DNA of 62,631 nucleotides, counting the filler, from Bipalium vagum (Eukaryota): the NCBI GenBank assembly GCA_037834085.1. It is 3 parts of 3 records of this genome, joined end to end, with 100 filler letters (N's around TTAATTAATTAA, not from the genome) between each part and the next. Parts side by side here need not be neighbours in the genome. Positions count along the whole stretch, not along the records: positions 1 to 30,721 come from JBBMKC010265233.1; 2 more parts are not named here. The stretch is one strand, 5' to 3'. The notes beneath the pieces were generated by a model. That model ran no database searches. It was given only the letters and a program-made list of their open reading frames with translations, and was not told the DNA's origin. Below, piece by piece: positions 13,926 through 27,099 of the stretch. How positions within the stretch are numbered: the stretch's first letter is position 1; each line of letters begins with the position of its first letter. Made by a program: the position numbers and the translations under genes.

Positions 13926-14899
13926 GAAATAGAAATAATAAAATAATTCTCTACATCAATCAATTTTAGGATTTAATTACAATTCCTCTAATATTTATCA
14001 AGAGAAATTATCGAGTAACGTATGAAATCTTTTTCTAAAAAATCTACCACAACCACTTTCCTTAGTAAAATATTCTGCTAATTTTAAAGGAGTATCTTGT
14101 AAGTCTTTTTCGATCTATGGGTGACATCTCATTGTGAAAGAAACAATTTAGATCGATATACCGTTTAGAAAATTTTAAATTTTATGTTAAACATTTAAAA
14201 ACATTTTAAAAATAAAAATTATACTTTATATTTATAAAATTTTTTTTTGTCCAATTCGAAAACAAGTTAAGGATTTTCTAAAAACGCCTTAATCAATATC
14301 TCAGTTTTAAATAGATTATTGTAAGAAACCATATTGTCTAGCATTATTTTTTATGACATTATCTTTAAAGAAAAGACTCTATGGATCCAGAGATCAGAAC
14401 GAAAATATAAATTAATGGCTGTGTTCTATTCAAAAAACCAATAAATTCCAAGAAGTCGAAATAAGCCATTGTACAGAAATAAAAACCCAAACACAATAAA
14501 GCAGATTTTTACTGACATTTTACAAACTATTGATTATTAGTGTGTTTAAAGAAATAATGAGATTTATTCCATTATCTTTCATGAGAGGCTTATGAAAAGA
14601 TGACGAATTCAGAGAGAACACATTTACAAGATTTATTAATCTCTCCATTTTCTGCAATATTTCATCAAATTAAAAGTAAAAGATTTTGATAAGAATATTT
14701 TTCTTAAAGTCAATAAAACTTGTTCTTAAACAAGATTTTCTGCTTAAAAATATTGGTATAAAATTTTTTATAAAAGATCGAAAAATTGTAAATAAATTTA
14801 ATAAAAAATTCAATTTTTATGAAATTTCATTTTAAAAATGAGCAAAATATCACACTTAATCAATCATACTTTGACCAATATTTTAAAAATTGTATTTTT

Positions 14900-15312
14900 A
14901 AATACAATTTAGTCTGCATATTACGAAACGCTTTTGCCACAAAAAAAATTCGTGATAATTGATTTCCTAAATATTTCCTGAAAGATCGAAATCATTTTTC
15001 TTGAATCTTTTGAAATGAGCCTTGATTGTATTATAGTGCACGGCATCAGAATCCATTACTTTGCATAAATTTCGATGAGCATCACTAGCTTTACGCCCCT
15101 GTAGAAATTCATATAGAATACATGCTCGCAACGCATGTCGATCTCTTGCTAATATTTCCGCCATTAGTTAAAAATATGTAAAACAAAACAGTTAACATTG
15201 ATTATGATAATATTAAGATCAATAACTAAATCAAAAGAATTGCAAAACCAATCGCTAATAACAATATATAGAGAGATTAAAAAAGTACAATTACTTATGG
15301 GAAAACCTAATA
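14900..15312 (-). mobile_element. mariner 5' fragment (TIR plus HTH)
   Basis: ORF 14967-15164 RHALRACILYEFLQGRKASDAHRNLCKVMDSDAV...FKRFKKNDFDL is a Mos1-type HTH. TIR-like TATTAGGTTTTCCCATAAGTAAT runs from 15312 on the minus strand. Confidence 0.9.
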
Positions 15313-15399
15313 ATAAATATTATGCAAAAAAATTTTCTTTTAACATTTTATTTATTTTAAAAATATCGACCGAGGGTTATCTGATTAAAGGATGATATA

Positions 15400-16070
15400 G
15401 CAACTTTGTGAGATCAGATTGAAGTTTATCTATACACCGGAAATCAGCTAAATAATCAGAATATTTAAGAAAAATAATTCGGACCTTTTTGAACAAATTG
15501 ATAACTCTGTTGGAGTTGAAGCAAAATTTCCACAACTTCATCTACTTCTACTACAACTTGCTCATTACAGGCTCCTTTTCGGAATTTATTGTTGTAAAAA
15601 TTACTGGGACAAATGTTTTTTCCCAGACATTGACACATTTATCACTGAATAATGCACTCTCACCACAAATCACTTTTGATAAAATATTGTGAAGTATCCA
15701 ACACAGAATCAATGAATGACAAATAAATTTCTCAATTCCTAAACATTTTAAAAAAGAAAAAGCCTTGGTATTTCAAAGCTCGTCGGATATTGAAATGACA
15801 GAAGAACGAAAGAATGTGAATCACTGTAATAAAGCGTTATCAACATCTGTGCATTTATCTGCTGCACGAAAACGTTTGGAGAAAAATTACTTGTAAATGA
15901 GCAAATAACGATCTTGTTTTTCTTTTTTATAATCGAATAGAGAGTAGAAGGTTTGATATGAAATTCAGTAGCAATATCGACCAGCTTTCTTTGGAGTAAA
16001 GCTGGTTTTGTATTATTTACTCTACAGCTTGAATAATTTTCGATTTTGTCGTTATATCATTTCCTGACAT
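15400..16070 (-). mobile_element. pogo/Tigger-like (CENP-B HTH) transposase remnant
   Basis: Minus strand reads LVDIATEFHIKPSTLYSIIKK...KRFRAADKCTDVDNALLQ*F, matching psq-HTH followed by a CENPB HTH. Confidence 0.75.
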
Positions 16071-17299
16071 GATGTGATAGAATAACAAAGATAAAAATAA
16101 TGAAAGTTAAACATACTTTAATCTTGTTAAATTCACGAAAATTTAATAATAATAAAAAAATTTTTTAAAAATATAAATAATTTAATAATATATTAATATG
16201 AACATTAAAAAAAATTAATTTTTTTGTTTTAAACATTTAATTATTTAGTAAAATTCATATTATCCGTCGTATAATACTGTTTTTTCATGTGACAAAAAAT
16301 ATTTGTGAATGTCGATTTTTCGTAATATCCGACTAGACTGTAGTTTTCACTCTTTTATAACGAATCCTTATATTTTTTATTTTTTGTTATGAATTTTAAA
16401 ATAATCAATATTTTTAAATTCATGTGATATTTTCAAAAAAATTTGGTAATGTACACTGAAAAGAATTTTTTACCAATATTATTTTTATTTCATCTCCAGG
16501 TATAATAACAGTTTGCTATTTAGAATGGATGAAGGAATTCAATCAAAGACGTTTCAAATTTCATTATAAATATTGATTTAGATACTTTTATCTCATCAGA
16601 ATTGTATGGAGAAGAAAATTTCAATTTGGACTATTTAAATTATATAGCCTAACAATGAGGTCTGAGTCTAGGATTTCTTAAAGAGCTAGCTAATTTAAAC
16701 ATACAAAAAAGGAAAATAAACAAATATTTATGTCACCATCGATATGCAGCCAGAAATTTTACCAATTTTTTCTAATTTTATTCATTTTACTCTTTGCCGT
16801 TATTAAAGGTTCGAAAAGTATTGATTACGACATGAGCCCTTCGTATCAGTGTTACCATGTTCAAATTCTACAACTCATTGGTCATTTTCTGACTAAAATA
16901 TTATTTTAGCCTAACACACATATCGCTTTGTTTATGGCTCCTTAAGGAAATGATTTATAATCACGAAATTAAAATTTATCAATATTGTTTAATGTAATCT
17001 CATGATTTCAATATTTTTATAAGAAAAAAATTATTGAATTTAATTTTGCGCTGTATTATTTAGGCTAAAGATTTCTCATCAATACTACTAACCTATCAAG
17101 TAGTTTTTCTATTTCAGTGCTTTCTATTAAGTAGCAACATATTTTTTCGTCATTTTGAATAATATTTATTTACAAGCAATTAAACATTCTACCTACCATA
17201 ATAATGAAAAATCAATCGATAATGTAATTTCCATTATTATTTAGACTTCTCCAATCTTTCCACAAGTTTGTCTAAATCTTTATTCCAGAAATCCCCAAA

Positions 17300-18000
17300 T
17301 ATACTCAGGAAGAAATTGGTCAACCACTTTTAAAGGCTTTCTTCCTTCTCAAAAAAGTAATACTTTTTTCGTTTGGTTAGTTAGTGGAAAAGATTTGATT
17401 GAATTAAAGACTAATGTAAATGTTCAGCATTATCCAAACTTGTGAAAAAATTGAGGAAACTGAAAGTTTTGTCAATATACCTTATTTGCTGCGTTCTTTT
17501 ACGAGTGAATGTTAAACTGCCATTATATGTTTAATTGCTAAGATGGATGATGAGAATTTCATACGAAGATTATCGCAAAAAACTAATATTCCGCCAACCT
17601 CTGTTCAAAGAATTTAAAAAAAAGTTAAAACTTCTTAAAATGCAATTGCGTGAGCTCAAACCAGGTGATTATGATCAACGAGTTAAATTTGGTCTTCGAT
17701 TTTTACAGCATCAGAACATCTTACTTATGGTTTTTTGAAGTGATGAAGCGTACTTTCATCTAGATGATGAAATTAGCTGATACCATTTTCGAATCTGGGC
17801 TGATAGAAAACCGCCTTATTTCATTACAAAGCCATATCATCCAGAAAAAATCTGTTTCTGGATAGGACTCAGTTCGAAATTCATTGTGAAACTATTATTT
17901 TTCTATGAAACTGTAAATAAGAATAATTACTCTACCATGCTGCCAAAATGTAATTAGGCCTGAACTTAGTAAAAGGAAATTAATAAAGTCAACTTGAAAA
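17300..18000 (+). mobile_element. Tc3-like transposase remnant
   Basis: ELKPGDYDQRVKFG..., SDEAYFHL, FRIWADRKP, HPEKICFWIGLS, FFYETVN; decayed. Confidence 0.8.
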
Positions 18001-19499
18001 CATTCGTTTTGAATTATTGTGATACATTGGATACATTTAAAAGAAAAGATTTTGAGATTGTGTGAAGTTTCCATCAGTACAAGTTATAGGCCTTAACAAT
18101 TGAATAAAACATTTCCTACAAAATATAAAAAAATATAATCAATATATATTTATGTAACAAAACGAGGAAAATAACAATGTTAAACCATATCTCACATGTA
18201 TCAATAAAATATCGAAATGTATCATAGTTCTATTTGTGCCTTTCATGTAAACATTAAAACTGACAAAATAACTATCATCAATATTGCACAATCAATTTTG
18301 TCATAAAAAATACTTGCCCTGTTTAGATAAAAGAAAACTTTTCTTAAATTTAACCCTATAATAAAAAAGAAAAAGGTTTTTTTACATAAAACAGATAAAT
18401 GGAACAGATAAACATGATTCCATTAGAGGAGATGGAGAAGATTTTCAGTGGTATGAAAATAGGGAAAGTGAAATCGATTACAAAAAACTTACTATGCAAA
18501 ATGTTCTATCTTTTATATCTTAATCTTTCTTCGATACATGTAAGAATTTCCAAAATTTCAGAATGGTTTTCTATTGGTTTAAAAAAAACCTTATTTTCTA
18601 CTACTAACAAGAAAGAAAATTATAATAAATTAAAGTGCACAACTTAAACTCTGGGTCTTGCTATGCAATGTTGAGTTTCGAGATTTAATAATTCAAATTC
18701 AAAACTTATAAGCTCTTCTAAGTTTTCTATAAGAAATAAGCCACACTTAAAATGATAAATAAGAAAAAGAAAAATAATCGAAAATCATTTCTAAAAAATT
18801 ATTCGGACTTTGGTTCGCATAGTAACTCAGATAACAATATTTGTTTACAAATTCAGAACAAATCATAGTAATCAATGCTTTTTTATTACCACAATTTCCA
18901 TATATGAATCAATATTCATGTTTCAAAAATTGATTAATAACTGAAATCAATTCAGTTAAATATTTATTATTAATAAATTATTATTATCATCAATAAAATA
19001 AAAAAGATTAAAAAAAAATACAATCTCACCTAATTCATATTTGTATGAAAGAATAAATAGCAATTACAATGTTGTGTATCCTGGAAATTTTCAAAATATT
19101 CATTTTAAAACTATTCACGTATATTATTGATGTATTTAAACTCATTCTTATTTGTGAGTAAAATATAAAAAATTATGTACTTAAAAATTTATATTTATAT
19201 ATATTTTTCATAAATAAATTTTGTATGAGGACATCAATTTCCTTGAATAATAAAAATAGTAAAATTTTTATGTGATTGCACGTATACATATTTCTGAGAA
19301 TAGACGATACAAATCAGCTGGAGTTTTTTGTAATTAATTGAATTTTACAAAGGGAAAAGCAATTATTAGGATGTTACACAATATTTTCACCTGTTTTGTG
19401 AATGTTTTTTAAAAGAAATTGTTTGAATTGTCTTATTTATTATATTAAATGGAAGATTTAAAATTTCTCCATAACAATTATAACTATTGGTACTTTTTA

Positions 19500-20540
19500 C
19501 ATTTTATGAATCTCAGAAGCTGAAGTTAATTAATGGTTAACTATGAATTTAGTGCCACCAGGCTTCACGAATTTATAAGTGGTCGTCATATTAAAGATAA
19601 ACTACGAATTATCAACAAAGCATTGCTGAAAATCATGGAAATTAGGATCATGGTAAACCAGATTTTAAAGTAAATGATCATCAATTGAAGCAGCTAGTGG
19701 AATCATATACGCAAATAATAGTTAGAAGAAATGCAGAAGATTTAAACGTAAGCATGACAATGGACAACTGGATTCCTCACAAACTTAATGAAATTACGAA
19801 TTTTTAGAGTTATCAAAATTTTTTATTTGATTCGAAAAATTGTTTGAATAATTTTTATCGCAAATCATTAAATGTGATTAAAATTTGATGTTGTACGAAA
19901 ATCTTAACAAATCTGAGCAATGGTTAAAAAATGAATCACCAATCCAATAGCCTCAACCAAATATGCATTCCATGTTTTCATACAACGATTTACAGTCCGG
20001 TAGTGTAGAACTGATGTAATCTATTACAGTTTCCTTAAAAATGATGAAACAATTTCGAGTGATAAATAATGTGCCAAAATAGACAAAATATATGAATACT
20101 TTTTCAAAAGATATCAACACTTGTCAAAAAGGTTCAATTTTCTTGTACGACACTGCCAGACCTTAAGAATAACGCTGCGAAAGTTGACTAAATTAAAATA
20201 TGAAGTTATACTTATCCACTGCATTCTCTGAACTTATCACGAAATGATTTCCATTTTTCAAGCATCTTGAATTGATTATGCACAAAGTGAACTTCACTAA
20301 TCAAATCTTGGTTGATAAGATTTTCCGATGTTTCATAAAAGCTTGAAATGCAAATTTTACAGTGAAGGAATAAAGAAACATGTCTGACGTTGGCAAAATT
20401 ATATTGATTGTAATATTGCATATGTTGATTAAATAAATTTGTTTGTTGCAGTATTGATTTTTGAAAACCATAAAAAACAGCAACCTCACTTGTCATAACA
20501 TAATGTAAAAAATTCACAACTTATCTTATGGTAGATCATT
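19500..20540 (+). mobile_element. Decayed mariner element
   Basis: WIPHKLNE (~19770), LYDTARP (~20145), a degenerate HPxYSPDL..NDFHFF region (~20215-20260). Confidence 0.8.
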
Positions 20541-21112
20541 TACCAAATAGTAATTTAAATTTCTTAGTGCTAGTACATAAGGCCCTAATTATGAAAACTT
20601 ACTCTTTACACGGCCGTTTAGACAAAAGAACAAAGCCTGAAAAGAATAAGAAATTTACTGAGAGAAGTATTTGAACTAAACTTTCAAATGAGTTAATTTT
20701 ATGCAATATTCAAAACTGTGTATATTGGCTAAATCGAATTTCATATATCGTTGATACAAACACCATTTTAGGTGAACATAAATTATGAAAAAAAAGAATA
20801 TTTCAGATAAATCTGGAAACTAAATAAAAATTTGCAAAATATCACAAATAATTGAAAAAATATACAATTTTTGATTATTGGTATATAAAACAATTGAGCA
20901 AAATCTTTCGGAACCTTTTTCATCAATATATATAACGTTAATACATAAGAAAGACTTCAAGTACGGGAAAACACAAAAGAAGTCACCAAAAATAAGAGAT
21001 TACTTTTCCTCTGTGATTGATTAGGAATAACACAAATTTTTCAGTAAAATCAATCAAAAATATATTTAAAGACAATGAACCCAACGAAATCAAATTTACA
21101 AAATTAAAAATA

Positions 21113-24100
21113 TTATTTATCCTTCTTCGATTTCTTCTTTTTCGACTTTGAAGACTTCTTTTCCTTTTTGTTTTTCTTGGACTTCTTTACTTCAGAAATC
21201 TCCTAAATAACGAGATAATAACAATATCTGGAGCAATGTGGACCAACTTTATACACATATAAATCATCATCGGACTCTTTGGAAGCCGTTTTAATATTTT
21301 TCGAAATGATCTGGTTCACAACACTGTAGACCGGCTCTGTAAAGATGTAATGATTACAATTATTGATTATTAATAAATTAAAGAAACCAGAATTGAGACT
21401 GGATATTAGTTTAATATTTTAAGGTTATAAAAATAAGAAAATTAGTAAAATCAATTAAAAAAGTAACCCATTGTCCAAAAAAATTAATAACTCAAAGAAA
21501 AATATCATCAATATCGAAAAGAATAGGAATTCTCACCAAACATTTCTTTACAGTGTAATAACGAGTTATAAATAAGTTTTTAAAAAAAAGATATCACTTT
21601 TAAAAAGATTTTTATTTATTATAAAATACATATTGATATGACCTTGACAATCTTTTAAAAATAATTAGGTATGAATATTTCTAAGATCCCATTTTTATTT
21701 TTTAATAAAAATGGCAAAAATGCAGAGATAAAAAAACTTCTGTATAAATTTATGCAATAAATCAGAAATTTATCCAAAAGGAAAAAACTTTTTGATCATC
21801 GTGGAGATCATCCTCAAAACGTGTTGCAGAAAACTTAAATGCACTCAACAAAAAAGAAACTCAAAATTTCAAATAAGCAAAGGAAGGTGTTACTAACGGT
21901 AACGGTATAGTATGTCTCCCGTTCGATAATTTAAATATCAATATATCATATGAAAGAGAATAAAACTCTTATTACGAAACTATATAGATACCATACCATA
22001 GCCATCATTTCCTCTAAAATTCGATATTAATTAGATAACATATAACAAAAACGTTTCTTTCAATTTTTAAATCAATAAATGATCAATTTTTTGAAAATCA
22101 TCATAGTTCATTGTAATTGCCATGGCAACCAATTTTAGTATACCAATATATAAAATTACACAATCTTTCACGGAAAACTGGTTCAACTTTCATGATTTTA
22201 AACAATATAGATTTTTAAATTTCCTTTTTTATTGATTGATGAGTGAAATTCAATAATTGAAAATGAGAAAGATTGTTTCTCACGCATTAAAAAAATTAGA
22301 ATGTTCGATAATCAGTTTAGAGCTTAAAAAATCGATCAACTAAACTCACCAACAGGAACAGAACTGGGTACAAATCCCGGAGGCATAGTGGGCCCATAAA
22401 CTGGACCCTTTGAAGATGGTATCACAGTCGTCGCAGGTGGAGGCATTTCTTTTGATGTTGGTTTCACTGTCGAAGGAAAACGCTCATTGTTTCCTCCAAT
22501 CATTGAGCTCAAGGCCTGTTCCATCGAAAACACAATTGACATATTGGCGGGTTCAGAGACTTTGTTAGTTTCATTGACTTCAGCAGGCCTTGTGGATCTG
22601 GTTATCGAATTGGGTTTGACAGTCTCCTCGTCGTCTGACGAACTGAATTCGGCGTCTGAGTCAGCAAAAACAGCCTTGAAAAGATCGATTTCCGGCTTAT
22701 TTGATACATCTAAAATGTTGGTCTTGACTTCAACGATGACAGGGGAAGAAACTGGTTTCTCGGGTGATATAGGTGGTTGTTCAACGATTTTCTCTTCTTG
22801 CTTCAATTGATCGCTGACATTGAAGTCCAGTTCTGGCTTAGATTTGAAAGAGGAATTTGAGGAGCCCTGTGTTTCGCTGAGAGAGATATAATCTGCTGTC
22901 ACACTTTCATCTGGAATTCCGGAAAAATTGGACCTGGTAGGAATTGGAAAGAAAATGAAATCAGCCAAAAGATCAAAGTGATTCCCTACTCAGGATATGG
23001 ATCAGCAATATTGAACCGTTTGCACAACAGCTTGTCAGGGTGCCAAGCAACAGTGCTCCGAGTCATGAAGCCGTAGTTCTCGTGGTTAGCCGCCAGCACC
23101 TTGGACGAACTTTCAACGCCCACAGTCGTTCCGGATGATTTCGTGATCGAGTCCAGACAACTATTGATGTCTTGAGTTTCCGTGGAACTGCCCGCCGACT
23201 TAAACATGACTCCCAAGCTGGAATTGAGATTCCACAATTTTCTGTTGTCTTTTTTGTGTTTGAATGAATTTTCCGATGACTTTCCAAAACCCGCACTCGG
23301 ATAAAACTCGGTAACTGGGGAAACCTCCGCTTTGCACTCCGATTTCTTTACATCCCCCCATCTTGAATGGCTCCTTTTCGTCCGACATTCCTGGCCCAGA
23401 CTTATCAATTTCTCTCGGTCATCTACACTCAGTAACTTGAATACAGATGTTTCCTCGTCACTGGGCATTAATTTAGGTCGATAGTTCTCTTTGACCTCTT
23501 TCACATTTTCTTTTGCTTTAAGGACGGGAAAGATTGGCACATAAAATCTAGGTGGCTTTGGAGGCTCATGGACAGTTTGGGAAGTATTAGAACATTTTTT
23601 CCCCGATTGGAATCCCACTATACAACCTGGATGCATAATGGCCTCTAGAAATAATTATGTGAATCGTTAAAAAACCAATAAAAAAAAGAATGATTTCGCC
23701 TAGTTAAATGTTAAACAGTTATACTGAAAGAATAAGAAGTTGATATAGTCTACAATAATATAAATATTTTAATTTTCCTGATATTGAATGTTATATTAAT
23801 AAAATAATTTTTATTATGAACAAAAATATAATATTGCAAATCATTTTTTTATTACCAAAGGAAAAAATTTGGAAAAAAAATTTTTACACATTTCTTTGAT
23901 TTCAATGTGAAAAATCAGATCTCTCTTGGTAGCAGATCAGACAAGCGAAAGAAATTGGTTATAAGGTAATGACCAGATAAGTGCTACCAAATACCAAAGT
24001 GCTGCCAATAAGGCGGTAAAAGAATCAATTAATTGAATGGAAATACTTCGAGAAATAATGAACTTTCCATCAAATATAAACTAATAACTCTTTGAAAATC

Positions 24101-25554
24101 AACATTCAATTTTTTATGACTAAAGTGTGATATGATTTATAAAAAAATTCCATGAAAATAAACCCTAGAGTCTTTCATTGATTTATTCAGATTTTTTTAC
24201 AGTTGTGTTTTTTTGAATTTCAAATCTTAATAGTCAAAATAAATCATTAAAGATCAATGATAACTGATTGAAACCTTATTCGTCAGTAAAACTATTGCTA
24301 ATCAATGAAGAAATATATATTATATGAACATAAATAATCACTAAATACATATCTTTTCATGATAATAAATGTTTGGAAAAAATTTGTTCAAAATTATTGA
24401 AATGCGTCTATTTAAAAATTATATTTTTTTTATTAGTAGAGATAATAAATTAAATTAGGTTAAAGGAAATAATCAATAAATTAAAAATGGTATAAAATAA
24501 AAAAATTGATTGTATAAAATCAAACAGCCCAAAATTTTTATATAATTTCATCATATGAACTAAATTAACTTACTCGACAATGTTCTAGGAGCCGTCCAAC
24601 CATAATTCATCTCTTTGCCATCTTCTTCCATAATTTCGAAATTATATTTTGTCATGGAATCACCACTGTAAAAATCTTCCAGATCTTCCTCTTCTTCATC
24701 AACTCCTACTCCAAAAGCAGTCCCTCTAATTCCTCTCTTTCCCTTATGTCCGAAATTGACTGCTTGTTTGTTACGGACATCGTTTTCGTTATTGTCAGTG
24801 TTGTTCCAAGAAATACCCGAATATCCTAAGCCGAACTTATTCATTTGTCCAATTAAATTGTAAGTATCTTCAGGTTGGTAATCAAATTTCTCAGATTTAT
24901 TCTCTTTCTGATTTTCAATTTCACAATCTCCGACCCCGGTACTTGCATAATAACCCAACTTTTTTAACAACATCATTCCAATTGTCAACCTCAAAATTAA
25001 GAAAAATTAATTTTTTAATTTAAATAATAATTCAAAACAAGCTTATTAATACCTTTGAGGAACTAATAGATCCTTCAAAATATCACTATCACCAATGATA
25101 GAGTTTGATCCCAATGATTTTTTAAAATGATCTCGCACATCTTCGTTATCATATATTGATTTTGTTCTCAACAATCTAGGTGCGATACCATATTCACTAA
25201 AATCTTCTTCATCCATATAATCTTCAGGGATATCTCTACGAACGATAGGTTTACCGTCACCTAGTCTCCCTTTAGATGTATACTGCTGTGGTACAAAACC
25301 TTCCTTTGAACCGACAGTGTTATAATAACCAGCATGAAATCCCCCTGTAAAAGCTCCATGAAACCTCAACGCTCTACCTTTTTCATCAGTAACTTCATCA
25401 TCAATAACTTTACGTTTTAGCTTTTTCCTTCTATTTTCAGTATCAATATCTGAACATTTGTAAAAATATAAATATCTCAGGCAATATTATTACCTTCATC
25501 AATATTAAACTGAGTTCCTAATAATCCATATAATAATTCTTCATCGTCTGACAT
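21113..25554 (-). CDS. GPATCH1: G-patch domain-containing protein 1, 7 exons, 763 aa
   Basis: Manual exons: 25554-25494, 25449-25053, 24989-24574, 23644-22990, 22933-22350, 21336-21248, 21202-21113. They total 2292 nt in frame, with GT-AG introns of 44, 63, 929, 56, 1013 and 45 nt. Motifs: DUF1604 DEKGRALRFHGAFTGGFHAGYYNTVGSKEG, PEDYMDEED, G-patch IGMMLLKKLG, AFGVG, WHPDKLLCKRFNIADPYP, PEIDLFKAVF, Lys-rich C-terminus. Confidence 0.95.
22116..22129. promoter_or_regulatory. RFX X-box-like palindrome in GPATCH1 intron 5
   Basis: ATTGCCATGGCAAC matches the palindromic X-box GTTGCCATGGCAAC at 13/14 positions. Confidence 0.35.
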
Positions 25555-27099
25555 TTGAAATGATGCGTCAACTTTTAATTATTTAAACAATTTTAAGAAG
25601 AAAAATGCAGAAATATTAATACATTATGAATTTTCATTCAGCATAAATAGTAAATGAAAAATTTTAGATTATCACATAAAGTGTAAGGAAATTTGAAAAA
25701 TGAAATTAAGAAAACTAAAATATACGATAAGAGGTTTATTACAAAATTTGATAATTTTATTTAAGTCATTTGTCAGTATTGTATTAGTAAATCTTTTCAT
25801 TAGGTTAAAAAAATTTAACTTTTCTTAATCATAATTATTCAGAATTAAGGTATGAAAACTAAAGAAATAAGCAGCTGAAAAATTTCATTATTTTTAATGA
25901 TTAAAGAATATTCGATAAATGACCATTTGTTTTGTGGTAATGACATGAGGCATCAAATGTTTAAAAGATATGAAGATTAGAAATAACTAAGATCTAAGAG
26001 AACGTGTTTTCATTTTTTACACCGACTGATAATTCCATAGGACATTTAAAATAACCAGAATGCAAGGATATGGAAAGATTGAAGTATATAAAACCAAGCT
26101 GTTGATAAAAATTGTTGGTTCCAAAATTTACCCTACCAGATAGTATTTTATTTTCCTGGAGATCAGTTCGACGAGGAGATTCGATACACTCTGACCTCAT
26201 GAGGAAGAGAGTTTTCCTCTGAACACGAATTTTAAATCATCTATCAGCTTTGAAGAGGAGCTTAAAGTCACCAGCTTTATTGGCATCTTATATCGATTTG
26301 ATTATTTGAATCATGACTCTTCATTGTGTATTCTTCTGGACAATATGCTTTGTTCTCTATCTCTGTTCGGTTATTATTTTACTATTCTTTTCAATAACTT
26401 AACCTCCTTTTCAGAAATTCTGGATCTGGAAAAACAAAGTCATTAAATAAATCTTATTAATTCCAAACATCATTGATTATAATATTTTGATTATTCTTCT
26501 AAGACAGTTTATCTTCAATCATCATCTTTTGTTTATGAAATGTTTTTAACAAAATCTGTGTGTATAAAAAAAATAAATTTCCTTATTTGATAAAAATGGA
26601 GAAAGACGATCATCAAATAAATTCAATTGATTTAAAAATGTTTATCTATTTAAAAAATCAAAATATCACGGAAATGTATTTTACTATTGACAGGCATAAT
26701 AAATGTTCAGTAATATTTTTGTATCAATTGTTAATTGATTTTCTGTATTTAATATAAGAAATAATTTTAATATTTTAAGTTTACTTAAAATTTTAATGAG
26801 ATAAAAATCAACTTTTTATAGATATGCTAGGTAAATTTATTGTGAGAGAAGACTTTATTTAATTTTTATACTACGGTAAAATGAATTGAATTTCTGTATA
26901 AATGCCGTACTAAAATTGAAGGTTGCGCGAGTGTTTGACTATGTCAAATAATAAAATATTTAAAAGTCGTTTTTCAAATTTATTTTATGTTTATTAGAAT
27001 TTTTCAATTATACATATAAAAATTGTTCATTATCATTAAATATAGTTACTTTTATATTATACTTAATTAATATTAACAAGTTAAGAGATATATAAGATA

